DNA of 64,000 nt from Candidatus Bathyarchaeia archaeon (GCA_038817885.1 JAWAZE010000001.1:86126-150125); one strand, 5' to 3'; shown: positions 28,003-39,233, numbered from the stretch's first letter. Notes: generated from the letters alone by a model not told the origin. Numbers and translations: made by a program.

Positions 28003-30441
28003 CTACTTTTTCTTACTGAGTATCCGCTCTAAGTGCGGCCGCAGTTTCTCATTCTCAGCCATTATCCTTTCCCGACCAATCTCCTTCAATTTGGCGGCCA
28101 TCTCCCTCACTATTTGAGCGAACTTAATGCCCTCAGCCGCGGAAACATATTCAATCCTAAGTCTATCCGGCGTTAAACCTAGTTTTTCGAGGGCTTTGGC
28201 CAGCGCATCCATTCTGACTCTCATTTTAAGGTTTCCATCAATATAATGGCAATCATATGGGTGGCATGCGCCTATTAGAACCATTCCAGCACCTTTTTTA
28301 AAGGCATATAGTACAAAATCCCTGTCAACGCGCCCAGAGCACATGACCCTAACAATCCTTATGTTCGTTGGATACTCGAAGCGGCTTGTTCCCGCCAGAT
28401 CCGCGCCAGCATAGGCGCACCAGTTACAGCATAAACCCAAAATCTTATCTTCAGGGTTACTCTCTAGCGCCGCATCTATCTGCGCTAATACTTGCGCGTC
28501 AGTAAAGTGCATCTGAGTTATGGCGTCAGCTGGGCACTCGGCAACACATGTTCCACAACCATGGCACATAGCCGCCGTAACTACAGCTGGTTTCCCTGGG
28601 TCGGCTTTAATCGCCCCATAAGGACATTTCATCGCGCATATACCACACTTAACCTGAGTGTTCCTACATTTACTTGGATCTATAACGGATACTATTGGCT
28701 CAATCGTGACATAAGACTTTGATAATATGGATGCGGCTCTGGCAGCCGCGCCGCACCCCTGGGCGACGCTATACGGAATATCCTTCGGACCTTGGCACGC
28801 CCCTGCCAGAAAGATTCCGTCTACCGGCGTGTCTAGCGGTTTAAGCTTCGGGTGGCTCTCAAGGAAGAAGCCATCTGTCCCTCTTGGTATATTTAGAAGT
28901 CTCGCGAGTTCCTCCGAACCCTTACTTGAAACCGCTGCTGTCGCGAGAACAACCATCTCAGCCTCCAGCGTTATCGGCTCCCCTAAGAATGTATCTTCAG
29001 CATATATTATTAGGTTCTTTGTCTTAGGATCCTCCTCTATCCTTGAGACCCTACCCCTAATGAAGTTCACGCCCATCTCTCTGGATCTCTGATAAAACTC
29101 CTCGTATCCCTTGAAGTGGCTGCGCAGATCCATATAGAATACATAAACATCGACATCGTCTCCATAATGCTCTTTTAACTGAATGGTGTGTTTTAGGGTG
29201 TACATGCAGCAGAAGTTTGAACAGTACGGATATTTATTAACATCTCTCGAACCAACGCACTGTATGAAAGCAACACTCTTCGGCCTATTGCCATCAGATG
29301 CCCTGACAACGTGCCCCCCTGTCGGTCCGGCGGCTAAAATTAATCTCTCAAATTCTAAACTCGTTATCACATTAGCGTACTTTCCATACCCGTAGAGATT
29401 GCCATCCTCAGGAATGTATATGTCATATCCGGTTGCAACAACTATTGCGCCAACTTTAAGCTCTATTTCTTCAGGCTTTTGTTCAAAATCTATTGCTTGG
29501 CGCGGCCCGCATGCATCAATGCACTTAAAGCATTCTATACAATAGTCACGGTTTATCCTATAAATTAATGGAACAGCCTGCGGAAACGGAACTGATATAG
29601 CCTTCCTGACGCCTAAATTCATGTCCCAATCGTTCGGGTATTCGATTGGGCATACTGGTACACATTCGCCACAACCAGTACATTTATCTTCAATAATATA
29701 GCGTGGATTCTTTCTGATTTTCACGGTGAAGTTCCCAATGTAACCCTCAACCTTCACTAAGTCGGCGAACGATATTATCTCAATGTTCGGGTGGCGGGCA
29801 ACATCAACCATCTTTGGACCTTCAATACAGATTGAGCAGTCTAATGTTGGAAATGTTTTGTCCAGTTGAGCCATGTGCCCGCCTATGCTCTCCTTCTTCT
29901 CAAGCAAATAAACCTTAAAGCCCATTTCGGCCAGTTCTAAGGCAGCATTCATACCAGCTATTCCACCGCCTATAACAAGCGCTGTTGGCGTAACCGGAAC
30001 TTTTATCGGCTCCAGTGGTGCTAGGAGCCTAGCCTTAGCAACTGCCATTTTAATTATCTCTTTGGCTTTTTCGGTCGCCTCTTTTGGATGGCCTGGGTGG
30101 GCCCATGAACAATGCTCCCTTATGTTGGCCATCTCAAAGAGGTATGGGTTTAAGCCAGCTTCAGCGACAGTTCTCCTAAAGGTGAATTCATGCATTCTAG
30201 GAGAACAGGCTGCTACGACGACACGGTTAAGATTATACTTCTTTATGGCTTCCTTAATCTCCTCTTGACCGGGGTCTGAGCATGTATACCTGTTATCTAT
30301 GGCAAAGACTACATTTGGCAGTGTACGCGCATACTCTGTTACTTCTTTGACGTTTACCACGCCAGCTATGTTCAGGCCGCAGTGGCAAACAAAGACGCCT
30401 ATTCTAATATCCTCAGGCTTAGATTCGACGTTCATCTCCAA
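28003..30441 (-). CDS. hdrA: HdrA-like flavoprotein fused to C-terminal MvhD domain
   Basis: VFVCHCG, GGGIAG, KTFPTLDCSIC, CSNFCC, ferredoxin motifs; MvhD CNWCAY...VMCSGRV...CHPYDCHY. Confidence 0.92.
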   Translation of the reverse strand: MEMNVESKPEDIRIGVFVCHCGLNIAGVVNVKEVTEYARTLPNVVFAIDNRYTCSDPGQEEIKEAIKKYNLNRVVVAACSPRMHEFTFRRTVAEAGLNPYLFEMANIREHCSWAHPGHPKEATEKAKEIIKMAVAKARLLAPLEPIKVPVTPTALVIGGGIAGMNAALELAEMGFKVYLLEKKESIGGHMAQLDKTFPTLDCSICIEGPKMVDVARHPNIEIISFADLVKVEGYIGNFTVKIRKNPRYIIEDKCTGCGECVPVCPIEYPNDWDMNLGVRKAISVPFPQAVPLIYRINRDYCIECFKCIDACGPRQAIDFEQKPEEIELKVGAIVVATGYDIYIPEDGNLYGYGKYANVITSLEFERLILAAGPTGGHVVRASDGNRPKSVAFIQCVGSRDVNKYPYCSNFCCMYTLKHTIQLKEHYGDDVDVYVFYMDLRSHFKGYEEFYQRSREMGVNFIRGRVSRIEEDPKTKNLIIYAEDTFLGEPITLEAEMVVLATAAVSSKGSEELARLLNIPRGTDGFFLESHPKLKPLDTPVDGIFLAGACQGPKDIPYSVAQGCGAAARAASILSKSYVTIEPIVSVIDPSKCRNTQVKCGICAMKCPYGAIKADPGKPAVVTAAMCHGCGTCVAECPADAITQMHFTDAQVLAQIDAALESNPEDKILGLCCNWCAYAGADLAGTSRFEYPTNIRIVRVMCSGRVDRDFVLYAFKKGAGMVLIGACHPYDCHYIDGNLKMRVRMDALAKALEKLGLTPDRLRIEYVSAAEGIKFAQIVREMAAKLKEIGRERIMAENEKLRPHLERILSKKK

Positions 30442-30443
30442 CC

Positions 30444-31331
30444 CTACCTCCTTACATGAAGTCTCTTAACTGAATCATAAGCTTTTAAACCGGATTTACT
30501 ACGTAATTCTTTGCTCATATTTAATGTTGAGGTTATTTTTTCCAGCGCTTTATTCCATGCTCCAGATTTAACCTGCCCATGGTAAACTGACACTCTTCTA
30601 AGATCTATGGCACCATTAACTGGACAAGCCTTTCTGCACGCCCCACAATAAACGCAGAATAATTCATTAACAGCAACTTTTCCATTATCGGCGACAAATA
30701 GGACGCCAGGTATTGGACAAGCATCGACACAATCACGACATCCCTCTGGACATAAATCTACATTAATTTTTATAACACCAGTAATAATTTTTCTTGTATG
30801 AATTGCATTGTATGGGCATTTAATTTCACATATTCGGCATCCGGGGCAATGTTCGCTGTCAACATCAACTTTAACCACATTCACCTCAGAATTAAATTTA
30901 ACATTAATTAGGTGTAATGGGCAGGCTTCCTCGCATATTCGGCATCCCTGCGGACATTTACTTTCCTCAACTTTGATCTCATGAATTATCTCCGGGAAAC
31001 TTTTGCTCTCAAGTACTGGGACAAATTCTTCTCCGTTTATGCTCTGTTTAAATGCTCCAAAAATGCATATCTCTGAGCATATTCCACAAAAATTGCATTT
31101 ATCCCCAAGAACTGTTGCCGTTATTTTCTTTGGAGGCTCTTCGAGATCCTTTAATTCAGATGGCTTAACAACCTTTATTGCTTCTTTTGGGCACGCTATT
31201 TCGCAGAGCTCACAACCAACGCACCTACCCCTATCGAGAAATAGGGTGTAACGTCTAGTATACATAGTTCTCTCAAGAAGAAGAGAGTTAGCGTCTTCAT
31301 TTTTAATTAGTTTAACGGGCAAATTTATCAT
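30444..31331 (-). CDS. Polyferredoxin (FwdF-like)
   Basis: Six CxxCxxCxxxC-type motifs; co-oriented 2 bp upstream of hdrA. Confidence 0.85.
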   Translation of the reverse strand: MINLPVKLIKNEDANSLLLERTMYTRRYTLFLDRGRCVGCELCEIACPKEAIKVVKPSELKDLEEPPKKITATVLGDKCNFCGICSEICIFGAFKQSINGEEFVPVLESKSFPEIIHEIKVEESKCPQGCRICEEACPLHLINVKFNSEVNVVKVDVDSEHCPGCRICEIKCPYNAIHTRKIITGVIKINVDLCPEGCRDCVDACPIPGVLFVADNGKVAVNELFCVYCGACRKACPVNGAIDLRRVSVYHGQVKSGAWNKALEKITSTLNMSKELRSKSGLKAYDSVKRLHVRR

Positions 31332-31408
31332 CCCGCCAAAGGACTTTATTTTTAACTATTAAAGAGATAAGGGAAATAAATAGCTTTATGCCAATTTTGC
31401 GTCATTGA

Positions 31409-32407
31409 TCATGGAAGAGACGATGATCTTCTCTTTAGCACGGTTATTGTATCATTTAATATTGCTGAGACCGTTTCTCTTCCAGCCCCATAACCCACCA
31501 GCGTTATCTCCCCTGCTAAATCTGTTTCAATGCGTATTGCGTTTAATGTTCCATGCACGCATAATGGGTGGTTTATTGGGATGAGCTTCGGCGCGACCTC
31601 AAGTTTCTTATCTATTGTGCCGATGAGCTTTATTGTATAGTTGGCCTTCTTAGCTAGACTTATGGCTTCCTGTGTTATATTGCGTATACCAACTATTTCA
31701 ACATCATTAATCTTCGCATCCATCCCCATAAGAGCATTTGCAAGAATAACTACCTTACACGCAGCATCTATGCCATCAACATCATAAGATGGATCTCTTT
31801 CAGCAATACCCTTCTCCTGAGCCTCCTTGAGAGCTATATCAAAATCTATCTCCTCAAAGAACATCCTTGAGAGAATATAATTCGTCGTGCCATTTAATAT
31901 CCCGCATAACCTAATTATCCTATCGCCCTGCAAGCACTCCCTAACAAGAGAAAATATTGGGATGGCTCCCGCAACGGCCCCCTCATAAAGGAGATCGCAG
32001 CCATTTTTCTCGGCTAGGCCCGTTAGCTCTTTAAAGGCTAGGACGAGGGGACCTTTATTGGGCGTAATGACATGTATGCCCCTACTTAATGCGAGTCTAA
32101 TATGGGTTAGGCCGGGTTCACCGTCTCTAATATTAGTTGGTGTCGCCTCAACAATTATGTCGCACAAATCCCTCTTGATTAAGTTAACTGCAGGCTCAGC
32201 CCTAAACCCCGGGTAATTTGTTAAATCTTTTGCGGCAATTATCTTCTCTATATTTAGACCATTTCCATCATAAACATAGCCCTTACTGCTCGCCGCGCCG
32301 ACAACAAGGAAATTTTTATCGAGTCTTCTGAGAATGGATATTTTCTCCAATATTATTCTAAGAAGATTTCTGCCGAGGAAGCCAAATCCGATTATTGCTA
32401 ACCTCAT
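31409..32407 (-). CDS. hom: Homoserine dehydrogenase
   Basis: GFGFLG, PNKGP, YEGAVAGAIP, GILNGTTNYIL, DVDGIDAACK. Confidence 0.95.
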   Translation of the reverse strand: MRLAIIGFGFLGRNLLRIILEKISILRRLDKNFLVVGAASSKGYVYDGNGLNIEKIIAAKDLTNYPGFRAEPAVNLIKRDLCDIIVEATPTNIRDGEPGLTHIRLALSRGIHVITPNKGPLVLAFKELTGLAEKNGCDLLYEGAVAGAIPIFSLVRECLQGDRIIRLCGILNGTTNYILSRMFFEEIDFDIALKEAQEKGIAERDPSYDVDGIDAACKVVILANALMGMDAKINDVEIVGIRNITQEAISLAKKANYTIKLIGTIDKKLEVAPKLIPINHPLCVHGTLNAIRIETDLAGEITLVGYGAGRETVSAILNDTITVLKRRSSSLP

Positions 32408-32425
32408 AGATAACTCACCAACAGT

Positions 32426-32902
32426 CTATATTCCTATTGATGGAATTAGCAAGGCCCCTTGCTCGCCAGCGACCTTTTTAAGATCTTCAATAACTTCCTC
32501 AGCCTTATTGGCTGGCACTTCAACCTCAAATCTAACCGAGACCACACCTAACCTCGACATCATCGCTTCAACGTTTATTAAACGTATCTCCCTCATTTTG
32601 GATTCAATAATCCATCTGACATCCACATTTCCTATAAGAATAAATGTGAGTCTAAGTCTCTCAATGATCTCCTCAGATTTTATAATTGTTATTCCAAGAT
32701 CCCTTAAATCTTCTATAGTCTTCTTGAAGCTCTGGTGGGATAAAAAGTCTACCACGAGGCTTACCGGAACATATCCCTCGACAGGCTTATCCCTCTCATG
32801 AATTATGGATATTATGTTTCCGCCATTCTTAGCTATTGGCTCAAGCGCCCTCAATAGCTGGCCGGGCTTGTCAGGAAGGGCTAAAGTTAGGCTAAACCTC
32901 AA
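32426..32902 (-). CDS. Stand-alone ACT-domain protein (Hom allosteric regulator)
   Basis: LPDKPGQL...GGNIISIIHER; directly upstream of hom. Confidence 0.82.
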   Translation of the reverse strand: MRFSLTLALPDKPGQLLRALEPIAKNGGNIISIIHERDKPVEGYVPVSLVVDFLSHQSFKKTIEDLRDLGITIIKSEEIIERLRLTFILIGNVDVRWIIESKMREIRLINVEAMMSRLGVVSVRFEVEVPANKAEEVIEDLKKVAGEQGALLIPSIGI

Positions 32903-32923
32903 TGATACCCCTCACTCATAAAA

Positions 32924-34594
32924 TTATGGCTGAGGACTTAATATCCCACCACTATCAGCCGACTGCACAAAGTACCAATATTTCCTCAAGTATCCTTTAA
33001 AGATTTTTGGAGGCTTAGGCTTCCACGAGGCGAGGCGATACCTAATCTCTTCATCACTAAGATCAACATTTAGTTTTCTAGCAGGTATATTAATGTTTAT
33101 CACGTCTCCATCCCTCAGCGCCGCTATAGGTCCACCTTCAGCAGCCTCCGGTGAGACGTGACCAATGCAGGGGCCCCTTGTTGCGCCGGAGAACCTTCCA
33201 TCAGTTATTAAAGCTACTGACTCGCCTAAGCCCATTCCAATTATAGCTGAGGTTGGTGCAAGCATTTCACGCATCCCCGGTCCACCTTTTGGCCCCTCAT
33301 ATCTAATGACAATCACATCACCCGCATTGATATCTCTGCTTAAAATAGCCTGCATAGCATCCTCTTCTGAATCAAATACCTTTGCGGGTCCCTTAAACAC
33401 GAGCATTTTAGGCGATACCGCGGTGATTTTTGTTACCGCTCCCCTGGGCGCAAGGTTTCCAAATAAAATTGCTATTCCGCCCTCCTTATGAATTGGGTTT
33501 GTTGGCGGCCTAATAATATCCCAGTCAAAAACTTTGGCATCTTTAATGTTCTCGCCAACAGCTTTGCCAGTTACTGTTAAGGCATCTAAATGGAGCTTAT
33601 CGCGTAGAACACTCATGACCGCTGGTATTCCGCCAGCCGCATCGAGCTCCTCCATATCATAGGGACCACTTGGTCTCATGTCACATATATGTGGAACCCT
33701 TCTAGAGATCTCATCAAAAACCTCCAATGGCAGATCTACGCCAGCTTCCTCAGATACAGCCTTTAAATGGAGAACCGCGTTCGTTGAGCCTCCCAGGGCC
33801 GCATCGACTGCTATGGCGTTTTCAAATGCCTTCCTCGTCAGGATGTCGCTTGGTTTTAAACCCTCCTTAACCATCTCCACGATTCTCTCTCCACTCCTCT
33901 TAGCTAATCTAATCTTTTTAGATGAGATCGCTAGGGACGTTGCACATCCAGGAAGCGATAAGCCAATAGCCTCAACTATACAGGCCATCGTATTAGCTGT
34001 ATACATGCCATTACATGAGCCGCATGTGGGGAATGCGCATTCTTCAAGCATCTTCAATTCTTTCATGCTCATTCTCCCGGCCGAAATTTCACCTATAGCC
34101 TCGAATATTGTTGCCACATCAACGCGCCTACGCCCATATCTGCCCGAGAGCATCGGTCCACCAGTCACAACTATCGCTGGAATATCCAGCCTAGCGGCGG
34201 CCATCATCATGCCAGGCGTTATTTTATCGCAGTTTGTTAGTAAGACTAAGCCGTCGAAACTATATGCTTCTACCATAACTTCAATCGAATCTGCAATAAT
34301 TTCTCTAGATGGAAGTGAGTAATGCATGCCCTTATGGCCCATAGCTAAGCCATCACATATAGCAATCGTGTTGAACTCGAAGGGAACTCCGCCGGCAGCC
34401 CTAACGCCAGCCTTAACATATTCAACAATCTTATCTAGATGCATGTGCCCGGGAACAAGCTCCGTGAAGCTGTTTGCTATGCCAATAAATGGTTTGTTAA
34501 AATCCTCATCCGTTACTCCCAAGCATTTCCATAAGGCCCTGTGCGGAGCCCTCTCAAGACCAAATTTAACAATATCGCTTCTCAAGCCCACCAA
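32924..34594 (-). CDS. ilvD: Dihydroxy-acid dehydratase
   Basis: [38 protein letters not shown]. Confidence 0.97.
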   Translation of the reverse strand: MVGLRSDIVKFGLERAPHRALWKCLGVTDEDFNKPFIGIANSFTELVPGHMHLDKIVEYVKAGVRAAGGVPFEFNTIAICDGLAMGHKGMHYSLPSREIIADSIEVMVEAYSFDGLVLLTNCDKITPGMMMAAARLDIPAIVVTGGPMLSGRYGRRRVDVATIFEAIGEISAGRMSMKELKMLEECAFPTCGSCNGMYTANTMACIVEAIGLSLPGCATSLAISSKKIRLAKRSGERIVEMVKEGLKPSDILTRKAFENAIAVDAALGGSTNAVLHLKAVSEEAGVDLPLEVFDEISRRVPHICDMRPSGPYDMEELDAAGGIPAVMSVLRDKLHLDALTVTGKAVGENIKDAKVFDWDIIRPPTNPIHKEGGIAILFGNLAPRGAVTKITAVSPKMLVFKGPAKVFDSEEDAMQAILSRDINAGDVIVIRYEGPKGGPGMREMLAPTSAIIGMGLGESVALITDGRFSGATRGPCIGHVSPEAAEGGPIAALRDGDVININIPARKLNVDLSDEEIRYRLASWKPKPPKIFKGYLRKYWYFVQSADSGGILSPQP

Positions 34595-34749
34595 TCTCCA
34601 CTAAAGTCCACAAGTAGAATAGTTCTAATTAATTAAATTTTTGCGTGAACCCACATAATCCTTCATATATCTTTCCATAATCAATGGCTTTTTAAGTCAT
34701 GATTCAGTTTAAACTTCCATGAAGTGAGAAAAGAATCGGGATTATAAAT

Positions 34750-35676
34750 ATGATTGACGGGATATTTTTCATCGGGCATGTGTCAATTGATAGAGTTCAA
34801 AATGTTAATGGCTCTAACCTGCAGCCTGGAGGAGCGGCGCTCTATGCTGCTGTAGCCGCTAAAACTCTCCTAGAAAACGTTTACTTAATCTCTATTGTGG
34901 GGAAAGACTATCCCTTTCTGGATATTCTAGACATCTTCTCTAAAAGGTTTATAAGGATCTCGAATACCCCCTCAACAAGATTCAGTATAAAGTATAATGA
35001 GCGCTGGGAAGCAAAATATTTGGAAGTAAAGTATGGCTCTGGCCTCAAAATACTGCCATCGCTGATTCCTGTTGAAATATTTGGCCCCGAGAGCATAGTG
35101 CACATCTCACCCCTATCTCCACCAAGAGTTAAGAGAATCGTGAAGTTAATTAGGGAGAAAAGACTTAAGACGAAAATATCTGTAAACACTTGGATAGGGT
35201 ATATAAGGGGTGAAAATAAGAATATTCTCAGGGAAATATCTTCAGAAGTGGACTTCTTCATACTTAATGATTCTGAGGCGAAAGCTTTAACAAATGCGAA
35301 GAGTTTAACAACTGCTTTAAAGCTTTTAGAGTCTAAAACTTTAATTGTAACATTAGGTGATTTAGGGGCAATAGTGAGCAGGGATAGCGATATACAAGTT
35401 GTGCCAGCGCTGAGAATTCCTGTCGAAAAAGTCATAGATACAACTGGTGCTGGGGATACGTGGTGCGGCTCCTTCCTAGCGGCATATAAGCAGACAAACG
35501 ATTTAATGAAGTCTGTAACGGTGGCTTCAATCATTTCAAGCATAAAATGTACTGGCTGGGGCTTCAGCAAGCTCCTAAATATAAGGTTCAAGGGAGTCAA
35601 CGATGTAATTAACTATGTTATTAGTTTAAAGGAGGGAGGTATGCAAAAGAAGATTCTGGACTACGTGGCTAAATAG
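34750..35676 (+). CDS. PfkB/ribokinase-family kinase
   Basis: PGGAALYAA, LNDSEA, VTLG..GA, IDTTGAGD. Confidence 0.88.
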   Translation: MIDGIFFIGHVSIDRVQNVNGSNLQPGGAALYAAVAAKTLLENVYLISIVGKDYPFLDILDIFSKRFIRISNTPSTRFSIKYNERWEAKYLEVKYGSGLKILPSLIPVEIFGPESIVHISPLSPPRVKRIVKLIREKRLKTKISVNTWIGYIRGENKNILREISSEVDFFILNDSEAKALTNAKSLTTALKLLESKTLIVTLGDLGAIVSRDSDIQVVPALRIPVEKVIDTTGAGDTWCGSFLAAYKQTNDLMKSVTVASIISSIKCTGWGFSKLLNIRFKGVNDVINYVISLKEGGMQKKILDYVAK

Positions 35677-35763
35677 ATTTTACCGTAAATGGATTATTAA
35701 TTTAGGAAAACATTAATTACTGGCTTCTCTTATCAATATTAAAAAGAACAAGGGCAGTCGACT

Positions 35764-36504
35764 ATGACAAAGAATATACTTGAGATACACGGTCTGAGCG
35801 TGGAGGTATCTGGTAGAAAAGTCCTGAATGATGTGAATTTGCAGATACCTAATGGTGAGGTACACGTACTCTTCGGACCTAATGGATCTGGGAAAAGCTC
35901 ATTGGTAATGGCACTTTTAGGTTTCCCAGCATACAAAATTGTTTCTGGAGGAATAATTTTTAAGAATAAAGATATAACTAGCCTTCCAACAAATGAAAGG
36001 GTTAAAATGGGCATAAGCGTAGCATTTCAACATCCACCAGCCATCAGAGGCATTAAGCTTGGACAAATATTAAGACATTTAATGCCAGGTGAAGAGAGAA
36101 TTAGTGATCTCCTTAATAAAGTTAAGTTCCCGCAAAGTTTCCTTGAAAGAGACATAAACTTAGGCTTCTCCGGCGGAGAGATTAAGAAGTCTGAGATTCT
36201 CCAGGTTTTAGCTCATGGCGGCGATTTTATTGTACTTGATGAGCCCGATTCCGGCGTTGATGTCGAGAACTTAAGGATTTTAGGCACGGTTATTAACGAG
36301 ATGCTGCGCGGCCGCTCGGCGTTGATAATCACGCATCTAGGAGTCATTCTACAATATATTAACGCGGACGTGGCACACGTGTTAATGAATGGAAGCATAG
36401 TCTGCTCTGGATCGCCAATGAAGATTTTGGGCCAGATACTCAATGAGGGCTATGCGTGGTGTGAGAAATGCATACAAGCAAGGATAGAGCGCTGCGAGCT
36501 ATAA
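35764..36504 (+). CDS. sufC: Fe-S assembly ABC ATPase SufC (SmsC type)
   Basis: GPNGSGKS, FSGGE, LDEPDSGVD, C-terminal C..CxxC. Confidence 0.92.
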   Translation: MTKNILEIHGLSVEVSGRKVLNDVNLQIPNGEVHVLFGPNGSGKSSLVMALLGFPAYKIVSGGIIFKNKDITSLPTNERVKMGISVAFQHPPAIRGIKLGQILRHLMPGEERISDLLNKVKFPQSFLERDINLGFSGGEIKKSEILQVLAHGGDFIVLDEPDSGVDVENLRILGTVINEMLRGRSALIITHLGVILQYINADVAHVLMNGSIVCSGSPMKILGQILNEGYAWCEKCIQARIERCEL

Positions 36505-37691
36505 ACAAGCCCTCTGAATACGGCCCGGATCTCGACGTAAGCCAGTATTCTAGGGAAGCAAAGAACTGGGAGCTATGCATAATTTCTAGTCTCCCCAGGG
36601 ATATCTTAGAGAGAGCATTGAACGTCGGCATTATAGCCAAGCATGATGAGAGATCTGCAACATATTTTCAGATAGATCATTCAGTTATTTTTAAAGCCGT
36701 TCAAGATTTCTTTAGAAATAAGATCGAGGTTATGAGTGTTAAAGAGGCTTTGGCGAAATATGACTGGCTAAGAGACTATTGGTGGAAGATTTTGGAAGTC
36801 GATAAGGATAAGTACACTGCCTTAGCGGAGCTCGCCTTAGACCAAGGATACTTTATTAGGATACTTGAGGACCAGAAAGTGGTATTACCCCTACAGGCAT
36901 GTCTATTCATAGCGACGGATAACTTAAACCAAAATGTCCACAACATAATAATAGCTGAACCGGGTTCAGAGGCGCAGATAATAACTGGCTGTACTCTACA
37001 TCCAAGTGTTCAGCGCGGGCTTCATGTCGGCATAACAGAGTTTTACATAAAGCATGATGCTAAACTAACATTCACCATGATCCATAACTGGGCTCAAAAA
37101 TTTGACGCAAGGCCTAGATCTGGAGCGGTAATTGATGATAATGGAGTATTCGTGAGCAATTACGTGTGTTTTAAGCCACTTAAGAGTCTACAGGCTTATC
37201 CAGTAGCATATTGCAAAGGTAAAAATTCGCGCGCCAGATTTAATACGATCATCTATGGGCTGGGCGACCCTTACATTGACATAGGCTCAAAAATAGTCCT
37301 TCAAAACGAGGATTCTAGGGGTGAGATTATCTCAAGAGTTATTGCAAGGGATAGAGCACAAATATATGCTAGAGGTCTCCTGCTAGGCGAACATAAGAAC
37401 ACGAAGGCCCACCTGGAATGTAGAGGCCTACTATTGTCTGACGAGGCTATAATTCACACAATTCCGGAGCTCATAGCTAAAACGCAAGGTGTCGAGCTCA
37501 CGCATGAGGCAGCCGTCGGAAAAATATCTGAGGAACATGTTCAATATTTAATGGCCAGAGGTTTCTCAAGAAGCGAGGCGGAAGCTTTGATCGTCAGAGG
37601 GTTCATGGATGTAAGCATCTTTGGGCTGCCAAAAGAGATTGAGAGGGAGATTCAAAGACTAATCGATATAACCACCGAACGCGCTCTTTAA
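36468..37691 (+). CDS. sufB: Fe-S assembly scaffold SufB/SufD family (SmsB type)
   Basis: HLECRGLLL, PEL, LTHEAAVGKI, YLMARG. Confidence 0.9.
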   Translation: MHTSKDRALRAINKPSEYGPDLDVSQYSREAKNWELCIISSLPRDILERALNVGIIAKHDERSATYFQIDHSVIFKAVQDFFRNKIEVMSVKEALAKYDWLRDYWWKILEVDKDKYTALAELALDQGYFIRILEDQKVVLPLQACLFIATDNLNQNVHNIIIAEPGSEAQIITGCTLHPSVQRGLHVGITEFYIKHDAKLTFTMIHNWAQKFDARPRSGAVIDDNGVFVSNYVCFKPLKSLQAYPVAYCKGKNSRARFNTIIYGLGDPYIDIGSKIVLQNEDSRGEIISRVIARDRAQIYARGLLLGEHKNTKAHLECRGLLLSDEAIIHTIPELIAKTQGVELTHEAAVGKISEEHVQYLMARGFSRSEAEALIVRGFMDVSIFGLPKEIEREIQRLIDITTERAL

Positions 37692-37758
37692 AGTTTACTA
37701 AAATGGAGCCTATCTTCTAAATAATTAAAACCGTTTTCTGGAAAACGTTGCTTACGTT

Positions 37759-38658
37759 TTAACTTCCTTTTTTGTTAATTTTATGATGGTGTAAGAGAGC
37801 CTCGAATATTATTTTTGCAGCGCATACGGCCGTTATACCGTTGTCATAGTGTGGCGTAACCTCAACGAGGTCAAATATGGTTAATTGACGACCACTTATC
37901 TCTAATAACATATCTAGAAGCGTGGTTACGGAGATACCTTCCGGTTCGGGATTTTGAACTGCGGGTGCAAAAGATGGGTCTAGAACATCCATGTCAACTG
38001 TAACATATAGCCTGTTACAACCGTAAATGAAACCCCTAATATCCTTTAAAACGCTCTCAACGCCCTCGCGTAGAATCCTCTGTGAAGTTATGTATTTAAT
38101 GTTGCCGGACTCCGAGGCATACTTTATTTCCTCCCTGCACGCGGCTCTCACACCAACCACGACTATTCTCTTCGGCTTTAACTCCTCGTTTATCCTCCGT
38201 AGGAATGTTGTATGAGATATTTTTTCACCCATATATTCATCCCTTAAGTCTAGGTGTGCATCAAAGCTCACTAATGCAAAGTCCCCTTCAATGCCTTTTG
38301 CCGCGCCGAATGTTATTGTATGCTCACCCCCAATCATTACCGGCATCTTGTTCTTCTCAAGGATGTCTCGACAAACCATCTCTATTCTCCTTAAAGTTTC
38401 GTAAACGTTTCCGCTTATATGAAGATCCCCGGCGTCATGTATGCTTAAATCCTCTAGATCAACATCAGATCTAAAGCTGTACGTTTCTATGTTGAGGGAT
38501 GCCTCTCTGACGGCTGCAGGTGCAAATCTAGCCCCCGGACGGTAAGTGCTTGTCGTATCAAATGGCACCCCAAAAACAATATATTTCGCTTCCTCAAATG
38601 TTCTCTGATAACCGCCAAAATACGGCGTCGGTGATATAAAGAGATTTAGATTACTCAT
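37759..38658 (-). CDS. speB: Agmatinase
   Basis: GVPFD, GGEHT, FDAHLD, SHTT, DMDVLDP, EPEG; start set at ATG 38658. Confidence 0.92.
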   Translation of the reverse strand: MSNLNLFISPTPYFGGYQRTFEEAKYIVFGVPFDTTSTYRPGARFAPAAVREASLNIETYSFRSDVDLEDLSIHDAGDLHISGNVYETLRRIEMVCRDILEKNKMPVMIGGEHTITFGAAKGIEGDFALVSFDAHLDLRDEYMGEKISHTTFLRRINEELKPKRIVVVGVRAACREEIKYASESGNIKYITSQRILREGVESVLKDIRGFIYGCNRLYVTVDMDVLDPSFAPAVQNPEPEGISVTTLLDMLLEISGRQLTIFDLVEVTPHYDNGITAVCAAKIIFEALLHHHKINKKGS

Positions 38659-38748
38659 AGCCACTATACCGGCAACGTTTTTATAGTATGGGTTCATGAT
38701 GTATAGATATACATTATCCTTTAAAAACCATGCAGGAGAAAATGGGTA

Positions 38749-39114
38749 GTGGAGAAGGAAAGGGCAAAAATAACAATTCCACATCTGCTTTCAATAGCCT
38801 ACTTTATTGCGGGGGTAGCACTAATAGTTGCGGCTGCCCAATCACGATACATACCAATTCACGTAGGTATAATTGGAGTACTTAATATAATCGCATCTTG
38901 CGGGATATATTTGAAGAGAAAATGGACATTTTATACACTAATCTTTATCTCACTTATCAGCCTTGCATTTGGATCCATAACATTAACTACTATGATTTAC
39001 ATCTTTAGCTATGATCCCATAAGCATATTAATGTTTATCGGAATGACATTTTACATAGCTCTTTCCATAACGCTATTAGTCTACACAATTACGCAGAAAA
39101 ACAAATTCATTTAA
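38749..39114 (+). CDS. Small integral membrane protein (4 TM)
   Basis: Hydrophobic throughout; fills the gap between convergent/divergent genes. Confidence 0.6.
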   Translation: MEKERAKITIPHLLSIAYFIAGVALIVAAAQSRYIPIHVGIIGVLNIIASCGIYLKRKWTFYTLIFISLISLAFGSITLTTMIYIFSYDPISILMFIGMTFYIALSITLLVYTITQKNKFI

Positions 39115-39233
39115 GAGACGCAATATAGCTTTTGCGTTAAAAGGTGAATTATTCATGAGAACCCGTTGAAAAAGGCTTATAAGCATTTAATTCATTATTT
39201 AATCTCTTACCTGGAAATCTTTAGGGTGATAGT

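Noticed and set aside
33678-34322. Long antisense ORFs (e.g. 214 aa opposite ilvD, 230 aa opposite pfkB, 187 aa opposite tldE)
   Set aside because: Shadow frames fully overlapping well-supported genes, with Ser/Ile/Pro-rich antisense composition.
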